A DNA stretch of 64,000 nt from an uncultured Candidatus Saccharibacteria bacterium (lineage in GTDB: Bacteria; Patescibacteriota; Saccharimonadia; Saccharimonadales; JALRHH01): positions 11,096 through 75,095 of the forward strand of contig CAZXDT010000004.1 in NCBI GenBank assembly GCA_964639295.1, in the 5' to 3' direction. Numbering within the stretch: position 1 is the first letter of the stretch; every line of letters begins with the position of its first letter. The notes under the pieces are model-generated. The model was not told the origin of the DNA. It made no database searches and saw only the letters and a program-made list of their open reading frames with translations. This document shows, piece after piece, positions 28,892-39,089 of the stretch. Both the position numbers and the translations under genes were made by a program.

Positions 28892-29140
28892 TTAAGCAAC
28901 TGCCGGAGCTAGTTTAGCGAGGTTATACCCAACAATAACTTCTTGTGAGTCATCTGCTTTGGTAACTATCGTTACTGGGACAGCGAACTGACCACTGGCA
29001 GCAAAAGCTTCCTGTTGGCGTTCTGGACTGGTATCCAAGTTAACTTCCTCGTAACCGATACCTTTAGCGCCTAGCCACTTTTTAACCATAACGCAGTAGG
29101 CGCAGGTGTTGGTAGTAAAGATAGTGATGTTCTTGACCAT
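28892..29140 (-). CDS. Glutaredoxin-like (NrdH-type) small redoxin
   Basis: 82 aa with CAYC (CxxC) in TNTCAYCVMVKKWL. Confidence 0.8.
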   Translation of the reverse strand: MVKNITIFTTNTCAYCVMVKKWLGAKGIGYEEVNLDTSPERQQEAFAASGQFAVPVTIVTKADDSQEVIVGYNLAKLAPAVA

Positions 29141-29249
29141 GGTTTCCTCTTATATTGTGTATATTTTTATCATTTACGAACTATGGTGGCTATTATATAT
29201 AGCGCTTATGCCACCTGGCAATACCCCATATGTTGTGTTTTTTGACTAT

Positions 29250-29816
29250 TTACTGCTGAACAGCGGTAAGTTCAATATCAAACACGAGTGGTGCGTTTGC
29301 AGGGATGCCAGAACCAGCTGGTGGGTTAGCACCGTAAGCTTGGTCGGCAGGGATAATGAGTCGACGAGTACCGCCAACTTTCATACCGGGGACCCCGTCA
29401 GTCCAGCCTTTAATAACTTGGTTAAGACCAAATGGAACTGGTTGTCCGCTGTCGTGTGAGCTCTGGAATATAATGCCGGTAGCTGCAACCGCACCTGTGT
29501 AGTGAGCAGTTACTGTAGCGCCTGCCTTTACGACATCGCCGGTACCTTCTTTAATATCGACGATTTGTAGTGAATCAACCTTGTCGACTGGTGTGAAGTT
29601 GTTAAGTTTAGTTCCTTGCAATTTACCCTCCTGTGGCTGTGTGGCCGTGTTATCTGTTGTTTGGTTTGTTGACGAATCAGTCGTCTGATTTTTCTGCTTA
29701 TTCTCTGACACTATCGTGTAGATAACGAACGCACTCGTTGCAAGCGTCGTTACCAGAAAAATTAGCGCCATAACAAGGGCGAAAGCCCGTTGTCCCGGCT
29801 TTGTATTTGAAGCCAT
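29250..29816 (-). CDS. Membrane-anchored FKBP-type peptidyl-prolyl isomerase
   Basis: 188 aa with an N-terminal transmembrane helix and an FKBP core (VTAHYTG, FDSS-like, VIKGWTDGVPGMKVGGTRRLIIP). Confidence 0.9.
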   Translation of the reverse strand: MASNTKPGQRAFALVMALIFLVTTLATSAFVIYTIVSENKQKNQTTDSSTNQTTDNTATQPQEGKLQGTKLNNFTPVDKVDSLQIVDIKEGTGDVVKAGATVTAHYTGAVAATGIIFQSSHDSGQPVPFGLNQVIKGWTDGVPGMKVGGTRRLIIPADQAYGANPPAGSGIPANAPLVFDIELTAVQQ

Positions 29817-29871
29817 ATTACCCTCTCACTTTTGTAACTCGTTCTAGTATACAACCTACAAAAAACAAGTG

Positions 29872-30312
29872 CTAGCGGATTTGCTGTGTTTCTGTAGGAA
29901 ATCCAGTTGCCACAGACTGTAGAATAGCGGCTTTTAATTTCTCAGAGAGAAACGGTAGGCCAGCAAGCTTGTCCAGATCAATCCAACGGGGATCGTACAG
30001 ATTTTGACCCAGTTTGTTAATATGCGCTTCTTCACTGTCTGGTCTGAGCTGAGCTTCGCCAGAGACGTAGTCACACAAGAATATATATTGCGTACCGTAT
30101 GGGTCGCCCGCTTCTTCAGTGAATACCAACCGAGGGTTGGCAATGACAATCATACTTTCTTCATCAACTTCACGGGCAACTGCCTGCTCTGGTGTCTCAC
30201 CTACTTCAATATTACCGCCAGGTAGTGTTTCGTACTCTGTTCCAAACTTGTTACGGTGCATGACAAGCAACTGCTTGTCTTTGATGATGATCGCTCTTAC
30301 AGCTCTACGCAT
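29872..30312 (-). CDS. NUDIX hydrolase
   Basis: 146 aa with the Nudix box GGNIEVGETPEQAVAREVDEESM. Confidence 0.85.
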   Translation of the reverse strand: MRRAVRAIIIKDKQLLVMHRNKFGTEYETLPGGNIEVGETPEQAVAREVDEESMIVIANPRLVFTEEAGDPYGTQYIFLCDYVSGEAQLRPDSEEAHINKLGQNLYDPRWIDLDKLAGLPFLSEKLKAAILQSVATGFPTETQQIR

Positions 30313-30317
30313 TGACC

Positions 30318-33188
30318 CTAAGCCTTCTTACTGCGGTTACGAAGGATCTTGTTAACAACAGGCCAAAGTACTGCAAATAGCAGCGTTAACGGTAGTACAG
30401 CATTACCACCGCCGACCTTGCCAAGCAATACTGCCACAATCACAACACTTACCAGCCACGTGAGTGCTGCTTTGCGTGAAACATGCGTACGCAAATACTC
30501 ACCGCCAAGGTAGTAGTAAGGGAAAACTGTAATCACTAGGAATGTGCTTGAGAGTAGACCGCCGATAAGTACCACTGCAAGACCTTGCCAGAATGGGCTC
30601 GTGATTGCCAATGGTATCAGGGAGAATACTGCAGTCAAACTGGTTGCAATGAGAGGACGGAATCGTTCCTCAAGAGCAGCGGTTGCCGCATCAATTGGCC
30701 CCATACCGGCTCTCCTAGACTGATTGGCATAATCTACCACCAAAATCGTGTTCTTGAGACTCAGACCAATGAGTGCAAAGAAGCCCATAGCACAGAAGAA
30801 ACTGAATGCGTTGTGTGTTACAAACAACCCAAGTGTTACACCAAACAAGCTGAAAGGTATCGCCATAAAGATAAGCAACGGCTGTAGCAATGAACGGAAT
30901 TCAAGTACTAACAGCAAAAATATCGCGAGCAGAACGAGTGGGAACGCAATCACCAGACCCTTGAATGAGTCTTGATTCTCTTGTTCTTGACCTATATCAA
31001 ACCCAACAGCGTCCTTGCTCAAGCCGTATTTACTGACCCTGTCGCCTGTAAATTCTTTCTTTACTGCGTCTTGGGCCAAAGTTACCAGCGTAGTAGTATC
31101 ATCCGCATCGAAACCAGATGTGACCTGAATGACTTGTTTTGCCTTAGAGCGAGTTACGGTGCTTTCAGTAGCTACGGCCACACTGGTAAAGTGCGCTTTC
31201 GTTCCACTTACTCGTGTAAGCTCAGCGGTCTTAAGGTACTCTGCAACGTCGTTAGCAAGCTTAAATCCAGCATCACGGTTTTCAGTCTGGATCTGTACAT
31301 TGAACACTGCGGCTGGTGGACCAGCGTCTATCTGAGCGACTGATGCCACAACATTCGGCAGAGCCTTGTTGATCTGCTGTTGCAATTGAGTAGCAAGTTC
31401 TTTAGAAGTCGGTTTTCGGCTCGTATAAGGAGTCAACTCCAAATACAAGCTGGCCTGTTCTGGTGTAGCCAAGCCGTAGTATGAACCGATTTTAAACTCT
31501 TGGCCTAGGGTTATGCCAACCACATTGTCTGCCTTCTGGGCAATTTCCTGGGCAGATTGAATAGTTGTACCCTGTGGCATAGTCATCATGACCATCAGCT
31601 GGTTAGCATCCTTGCTTGGTGGGAATAGGTTAAAGGTAACTTTACTAAAGATTGCACCTGCGCCACCAATAAACAACACGCCAATCATCACCGCAGTAAT
31701 TCCAACCATCCACAATTTCTTGCCTGATCCACGAGCCCAATGCATTGGCCAAGTCAATGCATGTGCAATCTTGGCTTCGATACCAGCTGCGATTTCTTTA
31801 ACACCATCGTCACCCATTTGCTTCTTGCCAAGTAATACAAAACGCGCAAAGAATGGAATAAATATCAATGCCACAAACAAGCTAATGATAAGCGCCGAAA
31901 TGATAGTAATAGGGATCGCCCGGATGAAACTACCTAACACTCCACCGACAAACGCCAGTGGTAAGAAGCTCAATGCTGCAGTACTCGTCGCAGCAACCAT
32001 CGCACGGCTAATCTTACGAACGGCCATCTTGACTGCTTCCCGTGGTGACTTGGTCTTCCGCCGGGCCGCATCAATCGCCTCAACCATGATGATAGTGTCA
32101 TCAACGATTAGTGATAGGCCCAAGATGAGCCCAAATAGTGTAATCACATTTAATGTGTAACCAGTAAGGTATAGCAAACCAAGGGTTGCGGTAATAACAG
32201 TAATCATTGATATGACTGTGATGAATGAGGCACGTATAGCAATAACGATAGAACCTACTACAAGCACCGCTAACAGACCTTCGAGCAACACACGTTGTAG
32301 CTCACTAATGCTTTCTTGAATAGATGGTGCGAAGCTGGCGCTAATATGCGTGTCGTAACTGCTAAATTCTGGCAGTTTATTCATTTCGTCCAAGACGGTC
32401 TCCAGCTGAGCGTCGAGTTTAATAACATCTACGTTTTTAATTGCCGAAACGCCAATGATGACTGAGTTATAGAAGTTATTCTTGTCACCTTCGCGTACGC
32501 CAAACTGGTCAAATGTCTTTTGGACTTCCTGTTGTTGACCGGCAGCATTGCTCGCGGTCTCGAATGGCTTTTGAACGAAGAAATTATCCACCAAGCCAGG
32601 CTTGTGGGCATTCAGGTATGCAACAGCGGCAGTAGCGCGGTCGGTTAAGTCTTTAGTATCGTTTGAGCTGGGAGTTTTATAGAAAGAAATCGTTGCATCA
32701 ATTTTCTCGATTGAACCACCGGTAGCACCAAAATATGGTACAGCGTACGATAGTTGAGCGGACACTGGGACTTTGCCAGACTGTTTAACGGCGTCTTCTA
32801 ACTTCTTGGTAGCCGTAGGGCCATCGGTACCCTCTTTGAACTGTACTGTGACATTCACAAAGTTGTTAGCACTCTGGGCAAGTACGTTGCTTACGCCGTC
32901 TTGCTTGAGCGCAATTTCAGAGATTGGCTTAGCGAGGTCGGCATCAACCTTAGTTGCATCGTTAACAATATAAGTACCGTTTACAACCGCAATGGGGATG
33001 TTAATAGAAGGGAATCCCTCACGGCGAAGAAGCGTAGTATAGCTCGTAATACCGAAGGCTACGATAACCAGCCATATAACAAAAACCAATTTGGGCTTAC
33101 CAAATAGTGCAAGTGTTAGCTTAGGCAACAGCCTGTCAGTTGGCTCGGTTGATTTTGAACGTTTGATAATCTTAGATTTCTTAATCAT
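30318..33188 (-). CDS. RND-superfamily (AcrB-like) efflux permease
   Basis: 956 aa with two six-helix bundles and large loops, including RND-type motifs such as LSLIVDDTIIMVEAI. No adjacent membrane-fusion or outer-membrane partner is present. Confidence 0.85.
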   Translation of the reverse strand: MIKKSKIIKRSKSTEPTDRLLPKLTLALFGKPKLVFVIWLVIVAFGITSYTTLLRREGFPSINIPIAVVNGTYIVNDATKVDADLAKPISEIALKQDGVSNVLAQSANNFVNVTVQFKEGTDGPTATKKLEDAVKQSGKVPVSAQLSYAVPYFGATGGSIEKIDATISFYKTPSSNDTKDLTDRATAAVAYLNAHKPGLVDNFFVQKPFETASNAAGQQQEVQKTFDQFGVREGDKNNFYNSVIIGVSAIKNVDVIKLDAQLETVLDEMNKLPEFSSYDTHISASFAPSIQESISELQRVLLEGLLAVLVVGSIVIAIRASFITVISMITVITATLGLLYLTGYTLNVITLFGLILGLSLIVDDTIIMVEAIDAARRKTKSPREAVKMAVRKISRAMVAATSTAALSFLPLAFVGGVLGSFIRAIPITIISALIISLFVALIFIPFFARFVLLGKKQMGDDGVKEIAAGIEAKIAHALTWPMHWARGSGKKLWMVGITAVMIGVLFIGGAGAIFSKVTFNLFPPSKDANQLMVMMTMPQGTTIQSAQEIAQKADNVVGITLGQEFKIGSYYGLATPEQASLYLELTPYTSRKPTSKELATQLQQQINKALPNVVASVAQIDAGPPAAVFNVQIQTENRDAGFKLANDVAEYLKTAELTRVSGTKAHFTSVAVATESTVTRSKAKQVIQVTSGFDADDTTTLVTLAQDAVKKEFTGDRVSKYGLSKDAVGFDIGQEQENQDSFKGLVIAFPLVLLAIFLLLVLEFRSLLQPLLIFMAIPFSLFGVTLGLFVTHNAFSFFCAMGFFALIGLSLKNTILVVDYANQSRRAGMGPIDAATAALEERFRPLIATSLTAVFSLIPLAITSPFWQGLAVVLIGGLLSSTFLVITVFPYYYLGGEYLRTHVSRKAALTWLVSVVIVAVLLGKVGGGNAVLPLTLLFAVLWPVVNKILRNRSKKA

Positions 33189-33338
33189 AGTTCCCCTCTC
33201 ATTTACATCTACTATACCTTGTTTCGAATCGATGCGTAATAGTCTAAAGCTTATATCCTCATGAAGCTTAACATGTTAAGTATTTACTGATCAACTCCCT
33301 GTTTGTGGTCTGGGCGCTCCCACTTGAGTGTCCAGGGC

Positions 33339-35093
33339 TTACCAGCCTCCGCCGCCGCCACCACCGCCGCCGCCTCCGGAGAAACCTCCACCCCCACTAA
33401 AGCCACTACTACCCGAGCTTGATGGTGGAGTAAAGCTAGTATTGATAGAACTGGCGAATCCCCCGTTCAGTGAGTTTGCCAAATATACGGAGTTGAATGT
33501 ACTAGCGTTCCCGCTATACCAACTTGGCGCCGACGTGTACAGCGACTCAAATTGTTTGGCCCACTGACTCTCTACACCCATGATGATTGCATAGGGTAGT
33601 AATTTCTCGAACAGTTCAACCGTGCGTTTTGGTTCACCCTTATTTAATGCATATGGAGCATCTGGAGATTGTTGCATCTTAATACGATCTTTCTCTGCCA
33701 CATTCATATACATCTTCAGACCTTCTAGTTCTTCCTTAATTGCCACACCCGTATCAGACCTTGCCGCCATGAAACCCCAGAATACCCCTATACATGCTGC
33801 GCACATAAGTGCGCCAACAACAATTGCCCCAGACGCATCAGGGTTACTATTTCCGCCTATAATAGCTAGCAAGACTACCGCGATAGTAGCAAAACCAACA
33901 AGCAATAGGCCATATTTGTTAGAGCTTTGTTTTATGTATCCGGCCTGCTTCAGATCTTTTTTAACATTCGTACGAAGACTTGTTGCTACATCTTGAAGTG
34001 CAGCATTTGGGCTACCTAGGTCTGTTTTCTCACCAATCTTTTGTTCGACAAACAAAACTTTCATAAGATCAGCTTCGTAATCGTTAAGTTTTGATTCATC
34101 AGGATTTAACAGTTCTATCTCATATGTAATCTTATCTTTCAGGATTTTGCGATCTTTGACAATCTCGTGGATCCGAATATATTTTCTAACTGCTAGGTCA
34201 ATGATGGTTGCCGTGATGTCTTTATTATCCGTTTTAAAATCAAGTAGCGTGCCTGCTTGGAGTGGCGTCATGCCTTTGGGTGGCTCATATGCAGGTACGA
34301 TTACACCCCTACCCTTGGCATCACGTCCCATACGCCACCACCACGTAAATGCTCCCACTAGTGCAACAATCGGTAGGGCAATCAGAGCAAGAAGCGGGGT
34401 CGCGTTGTCCTTTATTTTTTCTGCTGTTGTTTGAGGCTGGAAGTAGCCTTTGGTGAATCCTACGACGTACGTCAATGTTTGATTGGCAGCTAAGTTTGAT
34501 GCGCTCGATTCAAGCTGCCTATCACTTACCGCAATAGTACATGTCTTGTTTGTCTCCCCATATGCACCGGTAAAACACTGTGGCTTATCGCTAGACAACG
34601 TAATACCACTCGGCAAATGCAAATTCACACTCACTGCTGTGGTTGGCTGGGCCCACTGATCACCGTTTACATCCCAATACAATTCATCGTGGTCATCATA
34701 GAAACTAATGACATTTTGTACCGTGTAGTCGATTGTATATTCCTGCGCACCCGTTACTGTACGGCTCGGATCACCTATCTTCAGATCTACATTTCCATTA
34801 TCAAATGACTGACTAACTTGTGACGGAGCTCCACTTGTAGAACTTACGCTATTCAGGTGGAAATTAAGCGGTTGGCCGTTGTAGTCATTCGGGATAGCCC
34901 GAATAATTCCATGATTATTGTCAGTAAACGTCACACCAATTGTCTCTACGATGTGCAATGTACCTTGAGGGTCGGTACTCGTTAGCGTCTGGTCGGACTT
35001 AAAGCTCGTAATTGTAAAGTTATTGACATCTGCATGGGCAACAACCGGTAACAAGAACACTACCAGCAAGCTTATTGCTGCTGATAAAGTCAT
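33339..35093 (-). CDS. DUF2207-family membrane protein with a C-terminal poly-Gly tail
   Basis: Signal peptide, a large extracytoplasmic domain, transmembrane helices and the tail SGGGGFSGGGGGGGGGGGW. I prefer the start at 35093 (MTLSAAISLL), which removes the overlap with pheT. Confidence 0.8.
   Translation of the reverse strand: MTLSAAISLLVVFLLPVVAHADVNNFTITSFKSDQTLTSTDPQGTLHIVETIGVTFTDNNHGIIRAIPNDYNGQPLNFHLNSVSSTSGAPSQVSQSFDNGNVDLKIGDPSRTVTGAQEYTIDYTVQNVISFYDDHDELYWDVNGDQWAQPTTAVSVNLHLPSGITLSSDKPQCFTGAYGETNKTCTIAVSDRQLESSASNLAANQTLTYVVGFTKGYFQPQTTAEKIKDNATPLLALIALPIVALVGAFTWWWRMGRDAKGRGVIVPAYEPPKGMTPLQAGTLLDFKTDNKDITATIIDLAVRKYIRIHEIVKDRKILKDKITYEIELLNPDESKLNDYEADLMKVLFVEQKIGEKTDLGSPNAALQDVATSLRTNVKKDLKQAGYIKQSSNKYGLLLVGFATIAVVLLAIIGGNSNPDASGAIVVGALMCAACIGVFWGFMAARSDTGVAIKEELEGLKMYMNVAEKDRIKMQQSPDAPYALNKGEPKRTVELFEKLLPYAIIMGVESQWAKQFESLYTSAPSWYSGNASTFNSVYLANSLNGGFASSINTSFTPPSSSGSSGFSGGGGFSGGGGGGGGGGGW
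33345..33377 (-). repeat. (GGN)11 low-complexity tract encoding Gly11
   Basis: Plus strand gcctccgccgccgccaccaccgccgccgcctcc, immediately before the terminal Trp codon. Confidence 0.9.
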
Positions 35094-35106
35094 ACATCGC
35101 TTCACG

Positions 35107-37602
35107 CTAAATCCGTTCTGCCTGAAGTACTTTTTGGGCTTTGGCTGCGACTTCATCGAGAAGCGCGTTTACTTCTTCTGCTACAAGAGTCTTGTCGTAA
35201 GAACTAATTGTCAGTCGGAAAGAAATCTGTTTAATATCTTGTTCTGTCTCTTTCTGGTAAATACTTACCGGTGATAGAGAAACAAACGTATTTTCACGAG
35301 TAATCAATTGTTCGAAAATAACTTTTTCTAGGTCCTGATATGTCACGGTACTAGGTACCTTGAGCGTAATATCCTGCACGGTCTTTGGGAAACGTGATTG
35401 TGGGGTATATGTACTTGCACCAGTTTGTAGTTTTGCAATCGGGTTTAGGAACAGTTCAAATCCAGCACAGTATGCTGGCAACTTGAGTGCCTTGGTGATA
35501 CTAGACTTGTATTCCCCAACTACACCGAGTGGCATTTCACCAGAGTAAATCACGGCAGATCTTGCCGGCTCAAATGGAGCCAACATCTGCTCAAATAGTT
35601 TGTGGTTCATAGTGTCAGCTTCGCTCAATACAACATACTTCAACTGTTGTGTCTCAAGTCCAAGCACGTATTCGGCATAGTATTTCGCTTGGTAATAGGC
35701 ACTTTCTTCTGGTTTAGCAGTCTTAGAGTCTTTGGCCAGTACAAGGCTCAGTCGCTCGAATTCTTTAGGCAGGTCGTCTTGTATCTCTGATTTGCCGTGT
35801 ACTTTTCCTAGCTCGAATAATGCAAACTCACCGTATCCCGCCTTAATATTAGGGTGCACTTTTTCAAGTAAGCCTGGCGTCAAACTAAGGCGGTAATATT
35901 GCAAGTCTGGGCTCAGTGCGTTTGTCAGACGGAAAGCCTGGGAATTATCCTGACCAACCTTACTCAACAGATCACCATGCACAAAGCTATATGTCAGTAC
36001 TTCGTTTGCGCCACCACGACTCAAGGTATTCCTAATGCCAGCTTTGAGAGTCAATATTGCATCTGGTGTCACAGGAGTTACGTCACGGCCAGGTAGTTGT
36101 AATGGCAAATGATCGAGCCCGTACAAACGTCCCACTTCTTCCACAATATCTTCAGCGATTTCTATGTCAGTGCGCCAGAATGGTGGGGTAATGCTTAGCT
36201 CGTCACCCTTTGCTTGAACGGTGCATTCTACATTGGCCAACAGCTCGTTAATCTCTTTTGCTTTCAAAACTACACCTAAGCGGTCATTAATAAAGGCCGT
36301 TGTTACGTTGACCGGTTTTGGTTCAGCTAGTCCGGCATGAACATCCATAACTTCACTTGCCACCTGAGCAGTACCCAAACTCTGGACCATTGCTACTGTC
36401 TCTTCAATTACACGTTCATTTTGCAGCTTGCTCTGGCCTTTATTGAACCTGGTAACGGCATCGGTAAATAGACCGTACTTCATACTCGTACGGCGTATAG
36501 AGTACATATCAAAGTTGGCGCATTCAATAACAATGTTCTTGGTTGTTTCGTCAACTTCCGTATCGGCACCGCCCATGGCACCGGCAATACCAACTGGTAC
36601 GTCATTTGAGGTAATCAAGATAGTACTGTCATCTTGTAGTTCTACTTCTTTACCATTGAGTAGGTTAATCTTGTCACCCTTACGTGACATGCGTGTCTCA
36701 AGGCTCAGATCACCATATTTCTTTAATTTGTCTGCATCGTAAGCATGTGTTGGCTGACCAGTCAGGAACATAATGTAGTTAGTGATATCTACGATGTTAT
36801 TGATTGGACGTAGTCCAACTCGGCTGAGGTACGTCTGCATAGTGAATGGACTTGGCTTAACGGTAACGTCAGTCATAGCAACTGCCATAAAACGCGGAAC
36901 TAACTCTGTGAGCTCATTTTTAACCTGCAACGGCAACTTTGTACGGCCAGGCTTAACACGACCAAGTGGCTGTAGATACCAATCAGGTGATTTGAACGCT
37001 TTGTGCTGGATTCCGGCAACCTCACGCGCGACACCCAACATACCAAAACAGTCAGGACGGTGCGTGAACATCTTGTTTTCTATATCAATGATGTAGTCGT
37101 CCAGTTGGTAAGCTTCTGCGAACGAACTGCCAGGCGCTGCATCAATATCCAGCTCCACAATGCCAGAATGGTCATCGCTAATAGCTAGCTCGCTAGCACT
37201 TGCAAGCATTCCATTACTGACAACACCACGCAATTCGCGGGCCTCAAGTACAAAAGGGTCTTTATCAACACTACTTGGGACGGTTGATCCTGGTGGCAAC
37301 CACGCAACTGTTAATCCTGAACGTACATTTGGGGCACCACAAACAACCTGAACATAACCCTTTTCGTCCCTATTGACATCGGGTGTAATACCCCCGTCGT
37401 CAATAGCACAAACGCTGAGCTTGTCAGCATTAGGGTGTTTTTCACATCCAACCACTTTTGCAATAACAACTCCCTGGTACTTTTTGCCCAGGTCAATGAC
37501 TTCTTCAACGGCACCAAGCTGTACGCCAATCTTTTCTACCAACTCATCGACAGATATATCAATATCCGTAAACTGCCGCAACCAATTTAAACTAACTTTC
37601 AT
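35107..37602 (-). CDS. pheT: Phenylalanine--tRNA ligase beta subunit
   Basis: 831 aa with an N-terminal tRNA-binding domain (CEKHPNADKLSVC), B3/4, B5 and FDX-ACB regions. Confidence 0.95.
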   Translation of the reverse strand: MKVSLNWLRQFTDIDISVDELVEKIGVQLGAVEEVIDLGKKYQGVVIAKVVGCEKHPNADKLSVCAIDDGGITPDVNRDEKGYVQVVCGAPNVRSGLTVAWLPPGSTVPSSVDKDPFVLEARELRGVVSNGMLASASELAISDDHSGIVELDIDAAPGSSFAEAYQLDDYIIDIENKMFTHRPDCFGMLGVAREVAGIQHKAFKSPDWYLQPLGRVKPGRTKLPLQVKNELTELVPRFMAVAMTDVTVKPSPFTMQTYLSRVGLRPINNIVDITNYIMFLTGQPTHAYDADKLKKYGDLSLETRMSRKGDKINLLNGKEVELQDDSTILITSNDVPVGIAGAMGGADTEVDETTKNIVIECANFDMYSIRRTSMKYGLFTDAVTRFNKGQSKLQNERVIEETVAMVQSLGTAQVASEVMDVHAGLAEPKPVNVTTAFINDRLGVVLKAKEINELLANVECTVQAKGDELSITPPFWRTDIEIAEDIVEEVGRLYGLDHLPLQLPGRDVTPVTPDAILTLKAGIRNTLSRGGANEVLTYSFVHGDLLSKVGQDNSQAFRLTNALSPDLQYYRLSLTPGLLEKVHPNIKAGYGEFALFELGKVHGKSEIQDDLPKEFERLSLVLAKDSKTAKPEESAYYQAKYYAEYVLGLETQQLKYVVLSEADTMNHKLFEQMLAPFEPARSAVIYSGEMPLGVVGEYKSSITKALKLPAYCAGFELFLNPIAKLQTGASTYTPQSRFPKTVQDITLKVPSTVTYQDLEKVIFEQLITRENTFVSLSPVSIYQKETEQDIKQISFRLTISSYDKTLVAEEVNALLDEVAAKAQKVLQAERI

Positions 37603-37925
37603 TTTTCTTCCCCGGAAAATCGTGCTTCAAGGCTATCCATGGTCTCATAAAAAGTAGCTCCCGGGGTACGCCCCAGTTGCTTACAAAGCACTAGATATGA
37701 CCACAATATATCGTCAAGTTCATGATCAATTTTTGCTTCAACATCCGCAATTTCACGGAGTCCCTGGTGTGCCATTATCAACTTACTGAGATCACCTATA
37801 TCACCAACCAGTCCTGACATATACTCACTTGGACCCCAGCTAGTATGCCCTGCTTGTTGGTTTGATTCGTCATAAAGCCCCGCTATTTGCAACGCACGAT
37901 CTTGCATATTATTTATATCACTCAT
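37599..37925 (-). CDS. MazG-like all-alpha nucleotide pyrophosphohydrolase domain protein
   Basis: 108 aa with the EVAKIDHELDDILWSYLVLCKQLG pattern of the MazG/NTP-PPase fold. It overlaps both pheS and pheT by 4 nt. Confidence 0.65.
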   Translation of the reverse strand: MSDINNMQDRALQIAGLYDESNQQAGHTSWGPSEYMSGLVGDIGDLSKLIMAHQGLREIADVEAKIDHELDDILWSYLVLCKQLGRTPGATFYETMDSLEARFSGEEK

Positions 37926-38956
37926 TTGAACTGCCTCAAGAATTCTAGTTTTGCTGATTCGAAGTGTCGAATGTCATCGATGTTGTATTTGATCATAGCC
38001 ATACGCATGAAGCCCACTCCCCAGGCGAAGCCAGTGTAGGCAGTTGGGTCAATGCCGGCTTCTTTTAGAACATTCGGATGGATCATGCCACAACCAAGGA
38101 GCTCTATCCAGCCTTCGCCACATACGCTACAGCCTACTTTGTCGCAGAAAGGGCAGCTAATAGCGAACTCGAATGATGGTTCAGTGAACGGAAAGTAGAA
38201 TGGCTGGGTTTTGATCTCTACATCACGCTTGTAGTAAGCCTTCATAAACTCTTTGAGCGTTGCCATGAGGTTACCAACGGTCACGCCCTTACCAACATAT
38301 ACACCTTCTAGCTGGTAAAAGGTGTGTTCGTGGCGAGCATCAAGGTCTTCGTTACGGAAAACACGTCCAGGAACAACTACAGCAATTGGTTTACCCTCTT
38401 CCAGCGCATCTTTGTGTTCTTTGAGTACACGGTTCTGCATAACACTGGTATGTGCCGGTGCAATCAAGCCCTCTTCCGTGATGAACGTGTCGTAATCATC
38501 ACGTGCGGGGTGATCTTTAGGGAAGTTAAGGCTATCGAACATATAATACTCATTGTCAATCTGGCGTGATTCGACTGCCTGGAATCCCATTCGGTAGAAG
38601 ATGTCGAGAATTTCATCCAGTTCAACCATCAACGGATGTCGTCCGCCAAGTTCGGTACTTAATAGCTGTGGTCGCTTGTCAGCCGGCACATTAATATCAA
38701 ATGGCGCTGTGACATCAATTGGTTCGACGACTTGTGCAGACTCAATTACTTTTGCAACTAATTCTTCTAGCTCTTGTTTAAGCGTGTTGATTTCTTGACC
38801 AAAACCAGAGCGTTCCTTGGGGTCAAGAGTAGGAATTTCCGCATATAAAGCCTTTAGTTCAACGGCCTTTAAAATATCGATTTTGTTTTCTAACTTCTCT
38901 AGCCGCTGACGCAACACATCAGCAACCTCAGCAATTTTGGAGTTTTGATAGCTCAT
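37922..38956 (-). CDS. pheS: Phenylalanine--tRNA ligase alpha subunit
   Basis: 344 aa with class II motifs (HPARDDYDTF, FRNEDLDARHEHTFYQLEG, GFAWGVGFMRMAM). Confidence 0.95.
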   Translation of the reverse strand: MSYQNSKIAEVADVLRQRLEKLENKIDILKAVELKALYAEIPTLDPKERSGFGQEINTLKQELEELVAKVIESAQVVEPIDVTAPFDINVPADKRPQLLSTELGGRHPLMVELDEILDIFYRMGFQAVESRQIDNEYYMFDSLNFPKDHPARDDYDTFITEEGLIAPAHTSVMQNRVLKEHKDALEEGKPIAVVVPGRVFRNEDLDARHEHTFYQLEGVYVGKGVTVGNLMATLKEFMKAYYKRDVEIKTQPFYFPFTEPSFEFAISCPFCDKVGCSVCGEGWIELLGCGMIHPNVLKEAGIDPTAYTGFAWGVGFMRMAMIKYNIDDIRHFESAKLEFLRQFK

Positions 38957-39089
38957 ATCTGCAAATTAGTATACCAGAGGTACTGGGTTGTATCGAATAT
39001 TGACATTTGTATCATATAATGCTATAGTTTATAGGTTTTCAGTCGAAGTTAATTACTCCTGAAAACGACCTTTGACAGAGTAGACCCAA

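Noticed and set aside
35094-35156. Upstream start of the DUF2207 gene, overlapping the pheT 3' end by 50 nt.
   Set aside because: The internal Met at 35093 begins a typical signal peptide and removes the overlap.
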